A DNA stretch of 64,000 bases, taken from Camelus dromedarius. Its lineage: Eukaryota. The DNA is taken from contig NC_087472.1 of assembly GCF_036321535.1 (NCBI RefSeq), positions 95,854,001 to 95,918,000 on the forward strand, given 5' to 3'. Positions 24,360-37,481 of the stretch are shown piece after piece (position 1 is the first letter of the stretch; each line of letters opens with the position of its first letter). Position numbers and translations under genes: made by a program. The notes under the pieces are model-generated. The model was not told the DNA's origin and did no database searches. It was given only the letters and a program-made list of their open reading frames with translations.

Positions 24360-25671
24360 AAAGTAGGCAAGTGAGGGTGGGAAATTAAGTCCCTGTGGAG
24401 TGAAGAAAGGGCATAAGCCAAATGACTGATGAATGTATGAATATACACAGATGGGGAAAGTTCTATCATACAGTTGGAGGGTATGATGGCAAATAAACAG
24501 CAAAGAAGATGGAGTCAGAAAAGTATTCTGTAAACATTAACAGAGTCTACAAAAAACAAAGTATTTTGCTTCCACCCTAGGGTAGTCTCGGAAACAATTT
24601 CACATACTACTTCTTAGGCTCCTACCATGTGCAAGTTGTCACCACACACACAACGCATCAAGCATGGTCCCCATCCTCCAAGAGTTATAATGCAGGAGGG
24701 GCAGTGCTTAGGAGCCGCAGGCGTGTGGAGGACAAAGAGCTGACTTCTAGCTGGGAGGCCTCAAAGGATGGACAGAATACCAGCAGGGAGAGACTGGACT
24801 GAGGTGGGCAATGCAGGCAGGGAAATCCATTAGCCAGGGGAGGGACTGTGGGGTTTCTGGGGGGTGAGGGGTCTTAAACTGCAGGGGCCATGGAGGTGCT
24901 GTCTCAATCCTTTTAGGCAAAACAAGGGAGATCTGAAACCCAACAGCCTGAAATAAGGCTGATGAGAGACTCTTCTAGCTCCAAGACCCCAGTGTTGGGA
25001 AGTGGGGCCAGCCAAGCTCTTTCCCCTTCCCAGGGAGCAAGGTAAGCCCAACTATGACGGTGGTGTCTAGACATATCTTTCCAAGGCCCCCAGTACACCA
25101 CCTTGTCAGTACACCACCTTGTCCCAGACCCTTCACGTAAATAGCAACAAAATGAAACTGTAAGAGGCTGATCCATCAGGACCCAGCCAGTGGGGCCCAG
25201 CAATCCCCACTGTGGAGGTGCCTAAAGCCAGGGCTGGGTTAGCTCCGCCCTCAGTACTCTTCAGTCAACCATCCCATCTCTTTGAGGATTTCCCCCACCC
25301 TCCATAGGGCCCTTTCCTACTTTCAGGATGTAAGCTACTGTTGAAAACAACATGTGCTTTTATCACCAATTCTGTGGAAATGCATTTATTTCATCTTCTC
25401 TTTGCTTGTTACCAAAACCAGTTTCTCCTGGCTTCCTTTTCCCAAGCCCATTTCCCCCTTCACTTTATTCTCTGATGCTATATTAGTTCATATAGCACTA
25501 TAAGCGATTCCTTTATCTAGGAAATAATTCTTATGTTTGCCTTCATTTTCCTTTCTACTATCTATTAAAACTGTTATCTAGATGCCACCCAATCTCCCTT
25601 TTTATATCAAAGTCAAACTTAATGCATATTTGACAAGAAGCAATATTAAAGTTTCAAGAGTTTCGCTAACT

Positions 25672-25815
25672 CCGAGATTCTCAACATGGTAGGTGTGCGT
25701 TGGAGTCACTGCAGAGCTTTTAAAAATATACACAGCCACTGGGGCCCCACTTAGACCTACTGAATCAGATCCCTGGCGGTGGCATCTGGGCACTCGTCAT
25801 TTTAAAAAGTGCAAA
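25672..25815. mobile_element. MER5A-like MITE
   Basis: ttctcaac...ggagtcac...gggccccacttagacctactgaatcaga...tttaaaaag. Confidence 0.7.
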
Positions 25816-26134
25816 GGATACACCCTGGCTGTTAAGAAGTAATTTGCTAAAAGGTACATCGTTAGGGAACTTGGTTTGGCCAACTTTCCGCACACAACTA
25901 TTATTTACCCTCCCTAGAAAAGATGCAACAGTTATCACTGATTGCTTAATATTAATGAAACATATGCCAAAGGGACATAGGTAAACAGAATGGAAATGGT
26001 TTGTGGATTATTTGTTTCAGCCCCTTCCATGAGTACTGACAGAATTAAATTCGTTTTTTCCTATATACTTCTGACATGAATGCTCATGCCTGTTTCATAA
26101 GGCAACCATTCAACAATTAAGAATGCATCATTTA

Positions 26135-26261
26135 GGGGGGGAAGGTACAGTTCAGTGGTAGAGCGCATACCTAGCATGCATGAGGTCCTGGGTTCAATCC
26201 CCAGTACCTCCATCAAAAAATAATTAATAAATAAATAAACCTAATTACAGCCCCCCCCCAA
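26135..26261 (+). mobile_element. tRNA-Ala-derived SINE (vic-1 type) inserted in an L2 tail
   Basis: tRNA-like head plus aataaataaacctaattac-C-run tail. Perfect 16-bp TSD aagaatgcatcattta at 26119-26134 and 26262-26277. Confidence 0.92.
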
Positions 26262-26423
26262 AAGAATGCATCATTTAAAACCGGTCTGCTATTGTGCTAG
26301 ATGCTGGGGATACAAATATAAACAAAACACAGTCAATGAGAGGCTGCAGAAACCAATTCGGATAGAGTAACAGTAATGCTAGGAACTACCACAGCAGTTT
26401 AATAAGGTGCTATTCTCAGAAGT

Positions 26424-26680
26424 AATAAAACCAACTGACGTTTACTGCATGTGTATTATGTGCCTGGCGCTATTCTAGGCATTTCACTTATCACTCTGTT
26501 TTCGTATTAACCTGCTTAATTTAGAACCCTACAGGGCAGGTGCTGTTCTCATCCCATCTGCACGGCTGAGGTGGCATGGGGTAAGCCACATACCCCAGTT
26601 ACTTACCTAGCAAGAGCTGGAAAGCCAAAACCTGAACTGGCCATTCTGGTTCCAGTGAGCAGGCTTTAAATCATGAACCT
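26424..26680 (-). mobile_element. MIR SINE
   Basis: tttactg...ttatgtgcctggcgctattctagg...aaccctacagggcaggtgctgttctcatcccat...ctgagg. Confidence 0.75.
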
Positions 26681-27789
26681 GTACTGCCTTTCAGGAGCAC
26701 AGGTCAGCACCCTTGGTGCTGAAAAAACGCTAGCGGAAGCAAGCAAGCAAGCAGGGAAGGAAGAAACACACAGACAGTGCTCACACAGTGCGCCTGGAAC
26801 CCTTCTTCCCAAGACTCCAGAACACTACAGGCCACACCCTATGCCTGCTGTATGATTCTTTAAAAGCTAAGGCGAAACACAAATATCTTTCCCTCCACTT
26901 CAGTAATGGGATCAGAAGTTAGGTTTCCATAGCTAACCCTTAAATTGATGCCTCCACTTCTCTGTTCCTCTAGTTTCAATGAGCTTATGTCTTTTGGTAG
27001 CCAAACAAAAAATGGTATTTTTCAGGACACTGCTTCCAAGAATTTCCCACATGCCCTAGCAAGTTCCAGTGACACTCTGTAGTAGTGAGGAAGATATTTT
27101 CTTCGAATTAGGTGAGAAAGAGAGGCAAATATAAAGATGGTATTTCAGGTTGAAAGAAGGAAAACAGTTTCCTGATTCAGGGCTAAAGGCTGCTGCCAAC
27201 AGCTTGTTTTGTTCCCAAAGATCAGTACACAAAAGTTTCACAGAGCTGGAAGGAAAAGATTTGGATGCTAAGTTAGATGAGGGGTTGGAGGAGGGGGGCA
27301 CGATTCCCATCATTCCTTTGGGAGCAGTAGAAAAATAACAAAACCTCTATAAAAGAGATGAGCAAGTCTGCTGTGAAAGGAATGACCCCTCACATATAGG
27401 GAAAGCAATTTGCATCTACAGATCTCATTGGTATAAACGACCTCCTTCGAAGAGTGAAAACCTCAATGGAAAGCCACTATATACCCATGAAAGGCTTCGC
27501 CGGCTATTTGTTGAGCTGTATACAGACTAACAAACAGGAGTGGTTAACCTGGCGCACCATGCACTATAGAGATATTTTTTTTAAGTAGGCTTAGTAAGCT
27601 AATCTTGTTGAGATTTCTCTCATACTACTGATTTCTTATTCTCAAAATAAATTAAGAGGCTTCATTCAAAATTCCCTGTGGTCTACCAGCTTGAGTTTGT
27701 TGGGTGTCTTTGATTGTCTCTTGTCTTTAGATTCCCTGCCTTGTCTCTTTAGATTTTGCTGTGCCCTTTGGTATTTCCCGTTAGTCCAT

Positions 27790-28110
27790 GTCTGGAATAG
27801 CTAATTACACGGTAGCATAATTCCCACCCATACAACAAGAAATAGCAGAACCTTGCTAATTCACACCAATAACTGAAAGACTCCTGTGTAAGTTACTGAA
27901 TTATGCAAATGAGCAATAAGTGAAGAAAGATGATTCAAAATTGTATTTCATTCATTTATTTTGACAAGTGCAGTTTAGTCTTAATTATTTTGAAAATTTC
28001 TTTGTAGCATACTAATAAATTTACTGTGGCACATTTGTTAAAAGTGATAAAGCCTTTACTAAGAGAGACCAATATATGCTCTGCTGGATAATTTCCTGAA
28101 GACAGGCTTG
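27790..28110. promoter_or_regulatory. Candidate conserved non-coding element with POU octamer
   Basis: GCTAATTA, CATAATT, GCTAATT, a perfect octamer ATGCAAAT at 27903-27910 and TTAATTA in repeat-free sequence. Confidence 0.33.
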
Positions 28111-29976
28111 GTTTAGATCCTCTCTTTTATCTGGGATTTCAATGAATTTTCAGCATCTACTTTTTTGGGGGGTTTGGGACAATATATAATAAACCAATGA
28201 AGAATAGGAATTACTTTAGCAGCAAATATTTACTTCCTAAATAGGTCCTACGTGTGTGTAAACTTTCATCATGATTGTAAAAAAAAAATCATGCTTCAAG
28301 TAAAACATTTTTACATTCTCTGGTCATAATGCTAATAGGACTTCATTTTTATCTTCTAAATAAAACTAATTCAGTCTGTCATTCATCTCTTTAGTTCCTA
28401 TTTCTGTTTTGTTTTGTCTTACCATACTTCTTTCTTTTGAGTTAAAGATGTCTTGTTAAGATAAGTGGATATATCACAGTATGTAACGTTTTCATGTCAA
28501 AATACTTACATTATTATATGAGTTAAATTATTTAAGATAGGAAAACACTGTGATACACTCCTGACAGATGTAACTTGCAGGATGGAGTTAACTTCTTTCA
28601 AAGCAGCACTGCTGGTTCCAGTGGGGAGTGACGAGCAAACAGCCTTCCAGCTTCCAGTCTGGGGTTTAAAACTTTGCACAGATTCGCCTCTAAATAAAGT
28701 GCTTTTTGACTAAACTTCCAATACAGCCAGATAGGTTTTAAAGATCAAAATGCATTTGCCAAATGGTGTTCTAAAAGCTAGATAAGCAACAGCACTGAAA
28801 GAATAGTGGGAAAGACAAAACTTCATCTCCAACTACACGGCAGCATCAGTGTCTATTACAGTCTAATCACTTTTCAAGGCCCAGTTCAGGTTCCACCTCC
28901 GCGAGCAGTCAACCCTTCCTGGAGATAAACGCGGAGGTCCCGCAGCACTTCGAGCCGTCGTCCTGTGTTAAGAGTTATTTGCCTGCAGGTAGAACTTTCC
29001 CTACTAGATTAAGAGCAGGGTGGCCATGTCCCCGTGGGAAGAAGGCCAGGCTCTCACACTCCCAGCTTTGCTACCTTGGGAAGGTCATTTCATCTCTTTC
29101 GGGTTGTTTTTTCATCTGAAAAATGTCAACTCTTATCTAATGGGAAACGTAAAAGATAAAGGATGTGAATGTTCTCCATGACATCCTATAAAAAGTAGGT
29201 GCTTAAAGAGGGCAAACCCATGAATAAGAAAATGGTCAGAAGCAGTACTGCCTCGACAGCAGGCCCCAGGTCTTGCTAACACTCTGCCCTTCGCACATCA
29301 CACAAGGCAGAGACTTGACAGACACACGCTGAATGGACTGGCGGGGGTGGGGAAACAGAGCAAACTAGACTTACACATAGACCTGGTCTGGTGATATTAT
29401 TCGTGAGTTGAGCTCTATAATAATTTCTTAAAACAAGAAAAGTACATCAGTGTCTAAAATGAGCCTGCAAACCTATCTTTTTGTGAGCACAGCTGATTTA
29501 AGCCTTAAGCTCTAAGGGACAGTGGTAAGGCTAGCAGGTTTCCCAGGGCCCTTCCATGGGGAGAATGCAATCAACGTTCATTCACTTGAACTCAATGACA
29601 GACCGCTAATTCCGTCTAGTTACTGTCCCGTTGGCCACAAGGTAAGAGAATGCTGATGGGTCTGAATAAATTCATGACAATTATAAAAAGAACCACTCTG
29701 AGAATGAGTCAAATTGATGATGGTTTTTTTTTTTGTCTATGACGGGTAGTATCAATTATATGGACGTAATACTACAGCATAAAATAATAAATGAGCACTG
29801 ACTAATCATGTGCAAATCAACACTAGATCTGGGCCCGGCGCTATGGAATAACTGGAGAGATCACAAAAGCACACTGAATTTTGAGAGTTATGGTTGATTG
29901 ATGTTCTTAGATATAATTATGAAGATTTTAAAGAATTATGAAGGATAATGAAAACATATGCCGATGTGTAAGAAAA

Positions 29977-30050
29977 GCAAGAAAGCAAAGCAAAAAAGCA
30001 AAGCAAAGCAAAGTAAAGCAAAATCAAACAAATGAAGAAAAAAAAAAAAA
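29977..30050 (+). repeat. Degenerate (GCAAA)n / A-rich low-complexity tract
   Basis: Read directly. Confidence 0.85.
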
Positions 30051-31844
30051 CCCAGTCAGTTTAAACATTAAGTCAGGTTAAAAATTAAATCTGCACCCTA
30101 ATTGGAAAGGCGAGGACGAAGCAAAAATACTTAACTTTTAACCATTAAAGGCTATCCTGATATGGCACGTGCAACTGGTAAAACAACAAAACAAAAACGA
30201 AAGATTAAGAGGATGAATCAGAGGCAAGTGCTGTCTCCCAGAAGGAGTATAAGCACTTCTGAGAAGAAATGATATCACAACAGAGTTGAAGCAAATAAGA
30301 AATGATGAACACATTAAACTGTGGGCTAATTAAATGAGCAAAGATTCCCAAGAGGAAAAGAACATCCAATTCAAAAATAATCCCAAACTACTGGAGAAAA
30401 ATACCAAAGACAAACTAAACCTGTCTCAATCCCAAATATCTCTGTGAGCATGAAACAATTCCGGATAACTATAAATCCTCTAATTTGCCTGAATCAAGTG
30501 GGGCTGGCTGGTGTTTCCCTATCTTTCACTTTTTAAAAAAGTCACATTTATTACAAATTTTAGCTGGTATAAAAAAGTCACAAAGTTAGTAACTTATAAA
30601 AACACAAAGGGTGCTCCTTTAGAAAGATTTAAGACCAAAAAAAAAAAAAAGAAAGAAAGGAAAAGAAAAAAAAAGGAGTGTCATATGCTTTTAAGACTAC
30701 AGACTTTTAATGTTTAAGGCAATATTTTTAAAAGAAGTAACTTACACATTTTAAATGGTTGATTCAACATATTTCTAGTGAAAAAGCCCTAATTTTGAGG
30801 GGAAGAAAATTTAGTTTAACTGTAACTAACCCCAAGTACCTTATTTAGGTCACATTATAACAGATTATTTAGAGATGTTACACAAATAGCGATAATTTAG
30901 TATTCCTGAAACTCATAGCACATTCTATCTTGATACTTAAAGGATCTACTCTCTTCTCTGCCATGAGTATTATAAGCCTTTTCCTCCTAATTAATCTGCA
31001 ATTAATTCAACCAACCTCCAATTAGTCTTCTACAACATTACCCTACTTAGACAATAAAGCAGTCTCTAGACTGGGTTTTAAACCTGGGCTAAAATAGACT
31101 CCTACAGACCAAAAATGGTTCCAGGATTTCTCTTTGTAGTGTAATTTAGATGTCATATCTAATTTGCTGTCATGACTATTGTTTCACTGTGCAATTTGTA
31201 CGTCGTTTTGAATGTTAAAGGCATCATAGCTTTATTGAATTAAACTTTCTGTCTTTATTTAGGGTCTGATGTTACATGTTTGTGTGCATATGTTTATGGC
31301 TCAAAAGCTCCTTCTGACATCAAGTAACAGTAGAAAAGGATTATGCTCTTTTGATATGTTTGCTCCTATCTTAGTAAATATAAACACAAATTGGGGAGAA
31401 AAGCCATCTTCAAACTAAAGACACAATTTTAAATAATAATAACTATTATTACTATTATTTTAAAGATAGAGATAGCTAAATAAGCCATTCACATTATAGA
31501 ATTATAGAGGGCCTGGATGTTTTGTAACCTAAATGCCTTGACTGTCAATTTTATTAACCAATTCTTTCCTAAAGCTGCCCTTTTCATCGACAGTTTTTGT
31601 GTGATGCCACCCCAAATATAAGCTAGAAACACACAGAAATTCAAATGCTGCCTGGCTTTAACTCATAAGGAACAAAGGCCACCTTACCTTTATAATAATA
31701 CTCAGTTTAGTGTTGATCTGTCTATAATTGCCCTTTTTGTTCTGGCCTTTGGATTCAAGTTCTAAACTAAAGTCAGAACTAAGACTAACCATGCAAAACC
31801 TTCCAGTAGACCATTGGAATAGCCTTTTAAGTAATTTTTAGTGC

Positions 31845-32008
31845 ATGAAATTTCATAAAGTTTTTACTAGATAATTACACTTCCTGATTTTGTAATTAGT
31901 GGAAGTACATGCAATTACATAATAATTATGATAGTAATTACGTAATTAAGATGTATAATTATGTAGTAAAAAACATCATGGAAATAAAACCATCTACTGT
32001 GTAAGCAC
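31845..32008. mobile_element. Ancient palindromic element, MER135-like
   Basis: Long imperfect inverted repeat (31850-31880 pairs with 31953-31985) with six TAATTA. The right arm taattatgtagtaaaaaac...aaataaaacca resembles the MER135 consensus as I recall it. Confidence 0.6.
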
Positions 32009-33294
32009 AATACATTTTAAAAGTAAATTCACTAGCTCAACTGTTTAAAAATACTTTTCTCCAAAATAAAGTGATTAGCTCACATTATGGTCTAACTGCT
32101 TGAAAACTGTTTAATTTTTTTCCTCATTGGTGATAGAAGTATATTTTTTTAAAATACATGAAAAAAATTTTATCAGGTCTCTTCCACTCTCAACACTCAA
32201 AAAAGGGTTTGCAAAAGGAGACCATCAAGCACAGTAGCTTGTCACTTCAAAAGGGACAAGAAATCTGCCCACTGAAAAGACGTAATAGGAAAGGATTTTA
32301 TAAAACTTGCAACACATCTGTTATCATAGCATGCTTGTAAGTCCATTCCTATATAAAAGTGCAAAAGCTGAGTGCACATTTACAGAAATGGGCTTAAAGA
32401 AAATGCACGTTATTAGAATCTGGAAGTTTGTTGCTCAAACACATGGCAACTTTCACATACAACTTTCGCTCTTCTAAAAAGGATGACAGAAAATGTACAG
32501 AGACAAGACACCTCCACTTATAAGCAAAGCGACTATGATGACAGCTTCCTGGAAAATGTAGCTTCCCTTCTGTCACACTGTAAAGTCATCTTCAGTTACA
32601 AAAACAAAACAAAAACCAAACTGGCAGTATTCAGAGAGAAAACCAAAGCAGTGTGAAGGGGTTCCAGGGTGCCAGAGGGAAATATCAACTTTGTCATCTT
32701 GTATTGAGCATGAAAACAGAATAGAAAAGTCAGCAACAGCAGGAAAAGTAAATTCCAAAGTAAACTTTGTAGTAGCAAAATATACGAAATAGACTCTTGT
32801 TTTCATTTCATAAAAGTTCTAGTTCAGTGCTTTGAAATCTTTACAAACATGCTAAATCCATGTTTCAATGAGACCCAGAATGTGGGGACTGGGTGAGATC
32901 TTCCTCTGGGCACATACAGTGGCCCTTCTATGAAGTCTGTAGAGAACTCCACTCCAGTTTTCTCTTTTATCAGACACTCATCTTGAGATGCTGAAAGCCA
33001 TTTTGAAAACCCGAATTTACTTCTCCATTGTTCCTTCTGGTTAAGAAGAAACAAAGTGGAAGAACTCCCCCCGTCTGGCTCCCAGCTCTTCTCAGGGGAC
33101 TGCATTTATAAGCTTAATCACAGAATATATTTCCGAAGACTAGGATGTCATACCAATTCTACCTCAAACCCAGGGAGGCCTTCTGTATTCTGCCCATTTG
33201 TCATTTTCAAGTTTTGCCAGAAGGATGGCCCTAATCAATGGGTGAAGAGAATGGAAGTTGGCTTCAGTTATTAAGAGGGGAGAGTGTCTTGGAT

Positions 33295-33450
33295 CAGTGC
33301 TTCTCAAACTTTACTGTGCCTAGGAATTACCTGGGAATCTCGTTAGAATGCAGAAGCTGATACAGTAGGTCTGGGGAGGGCCTGATACTTTGCATTTCTA
33401 ACAAGTTCCCAGGTGACGCCTATGCTGCTGGTATACTGATCACACAGAAA
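33295..33450. mobile_element. MER5A hAT MITE
   Basis: cagtgcttctcaaacttt...gaattacctggga...cagtaggtctgggg...tgcatttctaacaagttcccaggtga. Confidence 0.88.
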
Positions 33451-35008
33451 ACAAGATCTTAGGTTTGACTTGGGAAAGAATGCGTGGAGGCAAAAGCTGA
33501 CCTGGGTTCATCTGTGTGTTATTTTTCTCCCTCAACTGCTAAACTATTGGAATCATTACTTCAGGTTGAATAAAAACATCTCTTTGTAAAATTTGAGCTC
33601 TTACAATTTGTTTCTTGTTATAAAAGCAGTACGTGCTCAGATTGTATAAAGGAGAAAATAAAAATTATGTATAATCCACCCACAGATAACAGCTGTAAAC
33701 AATTCTAGTGTTTCTTACTAATTTTTCCACCTTGCTTATAAACTACAAATTAGAATCATTATGGTTACTTAGTTTGGATTTTCATGTTATATTCTTAATA
33801 TTTCCTTAAGTCATTAAAGACCAAAACTGTAATATCTGACAATAACCCCTCAAAGGTCAGGATTATATGAGCCACTTTTTCAGTTATCAAAATTCTTTAC
33901 GTGTATCTACAATCACTTCCTAATCATAAAGTGTTCTGAACTGTCACGTTAGAGTCTCCTATGATAAAAATTCACATAAGCTAATCAAAGGAGTAGTCAA
34001 AAAAGAAACAAAACAAACTTCAGACCATTTTTTTATTTTAAGAAAATGAAACAAAGGAAAATGGAAGTTTAAGCTGCCCATTTCAAAATCTTGTTTCTCT
34101 AAAGAAAATTGTTTTTCACAATTATAAAAAGTATGATTTTAAGAAGAGTGAACCAGTGTTTAAGTGAATTTCTACTTTTATATGTATTTGGCAGGTATGA
34201 ATTGTTTTCTGTGCACGCTACTTGTTTTTAGCTATTAAAAACAGAGGAAAGGTTCATTTCTAAAATTCAACAATGGTTGTTTTTCAGAATAACTCATGGG
34301 CTTAAAAAAATGATATAAGAAGTGGACTAGACAGGGTCTCTGACACAGCCTTCTTTTTAATGCCTTGTGAGGATTTAATAAAGTAAATGCTAAGAATCCC
34401 AAATGGCTTAGAGAGGACTCCAGGGGCTCTTTGCTAATTTTGTTTCAGTACTAGTAGCAACGATACAACTCTCATGCTTTTGCTTTAGCGAGCCAGGAAA
34501 TGTAGAAATCCCTAACACTGAAAAAGGACCTGTCAAGACCCTCAGAAATCTCCAAATTCCCATGCACTAGAGCATATATAATTTCTTCCATACAACTCTT
34601 ATTTTCAGGTGCACACACACAAAACCCAAAGCACCTTTTAAAATTCCTTAACTTTTCACTACTAGCTGTTGTCTCTCTTTTGGGTCCCCATTTTCCATGA
34701 AGTAACAGAATTACTACTACTTCATGAGTGTTAACTATTTGTCTGATGGTGAGCAGAGAACAGGACCCTGTGGCAGTGTGAGTGAGGGGCAGTCACCTGG
34801 GCACCCTCACTAGTTAAGTGACTTGACATTCTTTTGATTCAACTCAAATGTGGCATCAGCAAAATAAGAGATACAACATCACTTGTCTTTAGTATCACTA
34901 GCAGAGTTGAAATGACAGATTTAGTATCAAGGAACTTCAGTGACATGAATTCATGGCACACCTGAGTCACGCAGGCAACACAGGAGGAGGCAGAACTTTA
35001 CAGCACAC

Positions 35009-35085
35009 TGCCCTCCATTCACGGACAGAAGTGCTTCCTACAGGTCACAATGCCCTCCATTCATGGACAGAAGTGCTTCCTACAG
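35009..35085 (+). repeat. Direct duplication, 35-bp unit with 42-bp period
   Basis: tgccctccattca(c/t)ggacagaagtgcttcctacag at 35009-35043 and 35051-35085. Confidence 0.95.
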
Positions 35086-35933
35086 TTTATCTGTGCTTCT
35101 GTGGTCCTATTTTCCACTAAGAAGTCATTCAACAAATATTTAGTGAGCTGGCTCCAATGGGCAAAGCACAGATAAACAAGATACAACTTTTTGCCTCAAT
35201 GAACTCAGTAGAAGAGAAAGTCAAAACAATTCAGGGAAGTCCTATGAGAAAGGCACACACAGGGGGCTATGGGAACACAAAGGGAAGAAGCTTGTATTAC
35301 ATTCAACTTCTTCAACAATATAATGGGGCACGATCCACTGCTATGTCACAGGGCTGTGGTGAGGACCTGTGTCAGACATCTGAAAGGATGACAGGAACCT
35401 ATAAAGTACCTTACCTAGGGGAAGCCGGGTTCTGGAGACACTAACAAAAACCACAGATATCTGCAGTTGTTACCATCAGGCATAAGGAAAAGACAGAAGA
35501 GTGCTGGTAGGTAACACAAAATGGCTAAGTTTAAGGAAAAAAAAACTGGCCAAGTAGGCAGGTGAGAACAGAGCTGGAGAGGGGAAGTGGCTGGGAGACT
35601 CTACGGGGCCAAGAGGAGCGAGGAGCAAAGCCCCTTGACCAGAGCTGCCCAGTAGGCTGTGGCCTGAGGGCCGTCCAGAACCCTTTGCGGGAAACGGGGG
35701 TGAGCGGAAGAACAGTCCTTCCAGGTCTAAGGAGACTCCACTGAGAAACTGAGCTTCCCAACACTGCTTTTCACAAGGCTAAGGTTAAAGCACCATCCTT
35801 TTGCTAACACTGATGCTGTAGCTCCAATTCCCTTCTTCCACATGGAGTCCTAAACCCTGCTGTTTCCATTCTGGCAGAGACAGGTGCAACATGCTTAAAA
35901 GTGTTAACAGGAAAATTCACCCCGGAAACCAGC

Positions 35934-36272
35934 TGTTATGGGCTGAATTGTGTCTCCCTCAAATTCATACGAAAGAGAGGCTGAAGTCCTAACTAACCCC
36001 CCGTACCTCAGAATGTGACTGTGTTCGAAGACAGAACCTTTAAAGGAGTAATTAAGTTAAAAATGGGACACAGACAGGTACAGAGGGAAGCTCATGTGAA
36101 CGTGGGGACACAATGGCCATCTACAAGCCAAAGAGAGAGGCCTCAGAAGAAACAACCCTTCTGACACCTGGTCTCAGACCCCCAGCCTCAGAACCATCAG
36201 GAAACACATCTCTGTTGTTTAAGCCCGCCAGCCCGTGCCACTTTGTTACAGCAAGCGTAGCACACTAAGACA
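35934..36272 (+). mobile_element. MLT1 (MaLR) solo LTR, MLT1B-like
   Basis: Termini tgttatgggctgaattgtgtc ... ctaagaca (TG...CA); internal ggccatctacaagccaaagagagaggcctcagaagaaac. Confidence 0.88.
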
Positions 36273-36362
36273 CTGTCCTACAAGCAGCTGACACAAGTAA
36301 GAGGAGATAAGCATCCGGTAAGAGAGAAGAGGAACAGTAAAAAAGTGAAAAGGCAATTAGTG

Positions 36363-37481
36363 TTCAAAAGAGTAAAAAAACCCAAGCTACAAACTAGGGG
36401 AAAATATCTGCAAGACACGTCTGATGAAAGATTATTCTCCAAAATATACAAAGAACGCTTAAAATGCAACAATAAGAAAACCACTCGATTAAAAAAAAAA
36501 GGTGCCAAAGACACCTTACCAAAGAAGATCTACAAACGGCAAAGAAACATATGAAAAGATGCCCCACATCATGTGTCATCAGGGAAATGCAAATTAAAAC
36601 AACACTGAGATAACACTACACAGCTATTAGAATGGCCCAGATCTGGAACACTGACAACACCAAATGCTGGTGAGGATGTGGAGTAATGGGAACTCTCATT
36701 CACTACTGGTTGGAAAATAAAATGGTACAGCCACTTTGAAAGTCAGCTTGTCAAGTTTTTTTGTTTGTTTGTTTTACAAAAATAAACATACTCTTATCAT
36801 ATGATCCAGTAATTGCATTCCTTGGTGTTTACCCAAAGGAATTGAAAACTACACAAAAACCTGCACATGGATGTTTACAGCAGCTTCATTTGTAACTGCT
36901 AAAACTTGGAAGCTAAGAAGATGTCCCTTAATAGGTGAATGGATAAATAAACTGTGGTACATCCAGACGTTGCAATATTATTTATCACTAAAAAGAAATG
37001 AGCTATCAAGCCATGAGAAGCCACAAAGGAATCTTAAAATGCATTTTACTAAGTGAAAGAAGCCAATCTGAAAAAGTGACAAGTATATGACATTTTGGAA
37101 AAGGCCAAACTACGGAGACTGTAAAAAGATCAGTGGTTGCCAGGGGTTGGGGGGAGGGAAGGATGAGCAGGGGGAGCCAGATTTTTAGGGCAGCGAAACT
37201 AGTCAGTATATTATAATGGTGGATCCATGTCATGACACATTTGTCCAAAGTCACAGAATGTCCAACACCAAGAGTGAACCGTAAGGTAAACTATGGACTG
37301 TGGATGATAATGATGTGTCAACGGAGGGACATCAACTGTAACAAATATCCCACTCTGGTGGGGGGTGATAATGAGGGAGGTTGTGCGTGGGGGGGGGGTG
37401 TACATAGGAAATCTTTGTACCTTCTGCTCACTCTTATTGTGAACTGACAACTGCTCTAACAAACAAAGTCTATTAAAAAAA
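36363..37481 (+). mobile_element. L1MC-type 3' fragment (~1.1 kb)
   Basis: L1 ORF2 C-terminal remnant and L1MC 3' UTR ending aaagtctattaaaaaa. Degenerate 15-bp TSD aaaaggca(at/gt)(t/g)agtg at 36348-36362 and 37482-37496. Confidence 0.9.

Noticed and set aside
27056..27338. Overlapping ORFs with protein-like composition
   Set aside because: Short, bounded by nearby stops, no homology recognised and no coherent exon structure.
32824..33105. 93-aa ORF with a strong POLA1-sense acceptor at 33037
   Set aside because: In the POLA1 phase it stops after 6 codons, the downstream donor is weak and the peptide is not recognisable.
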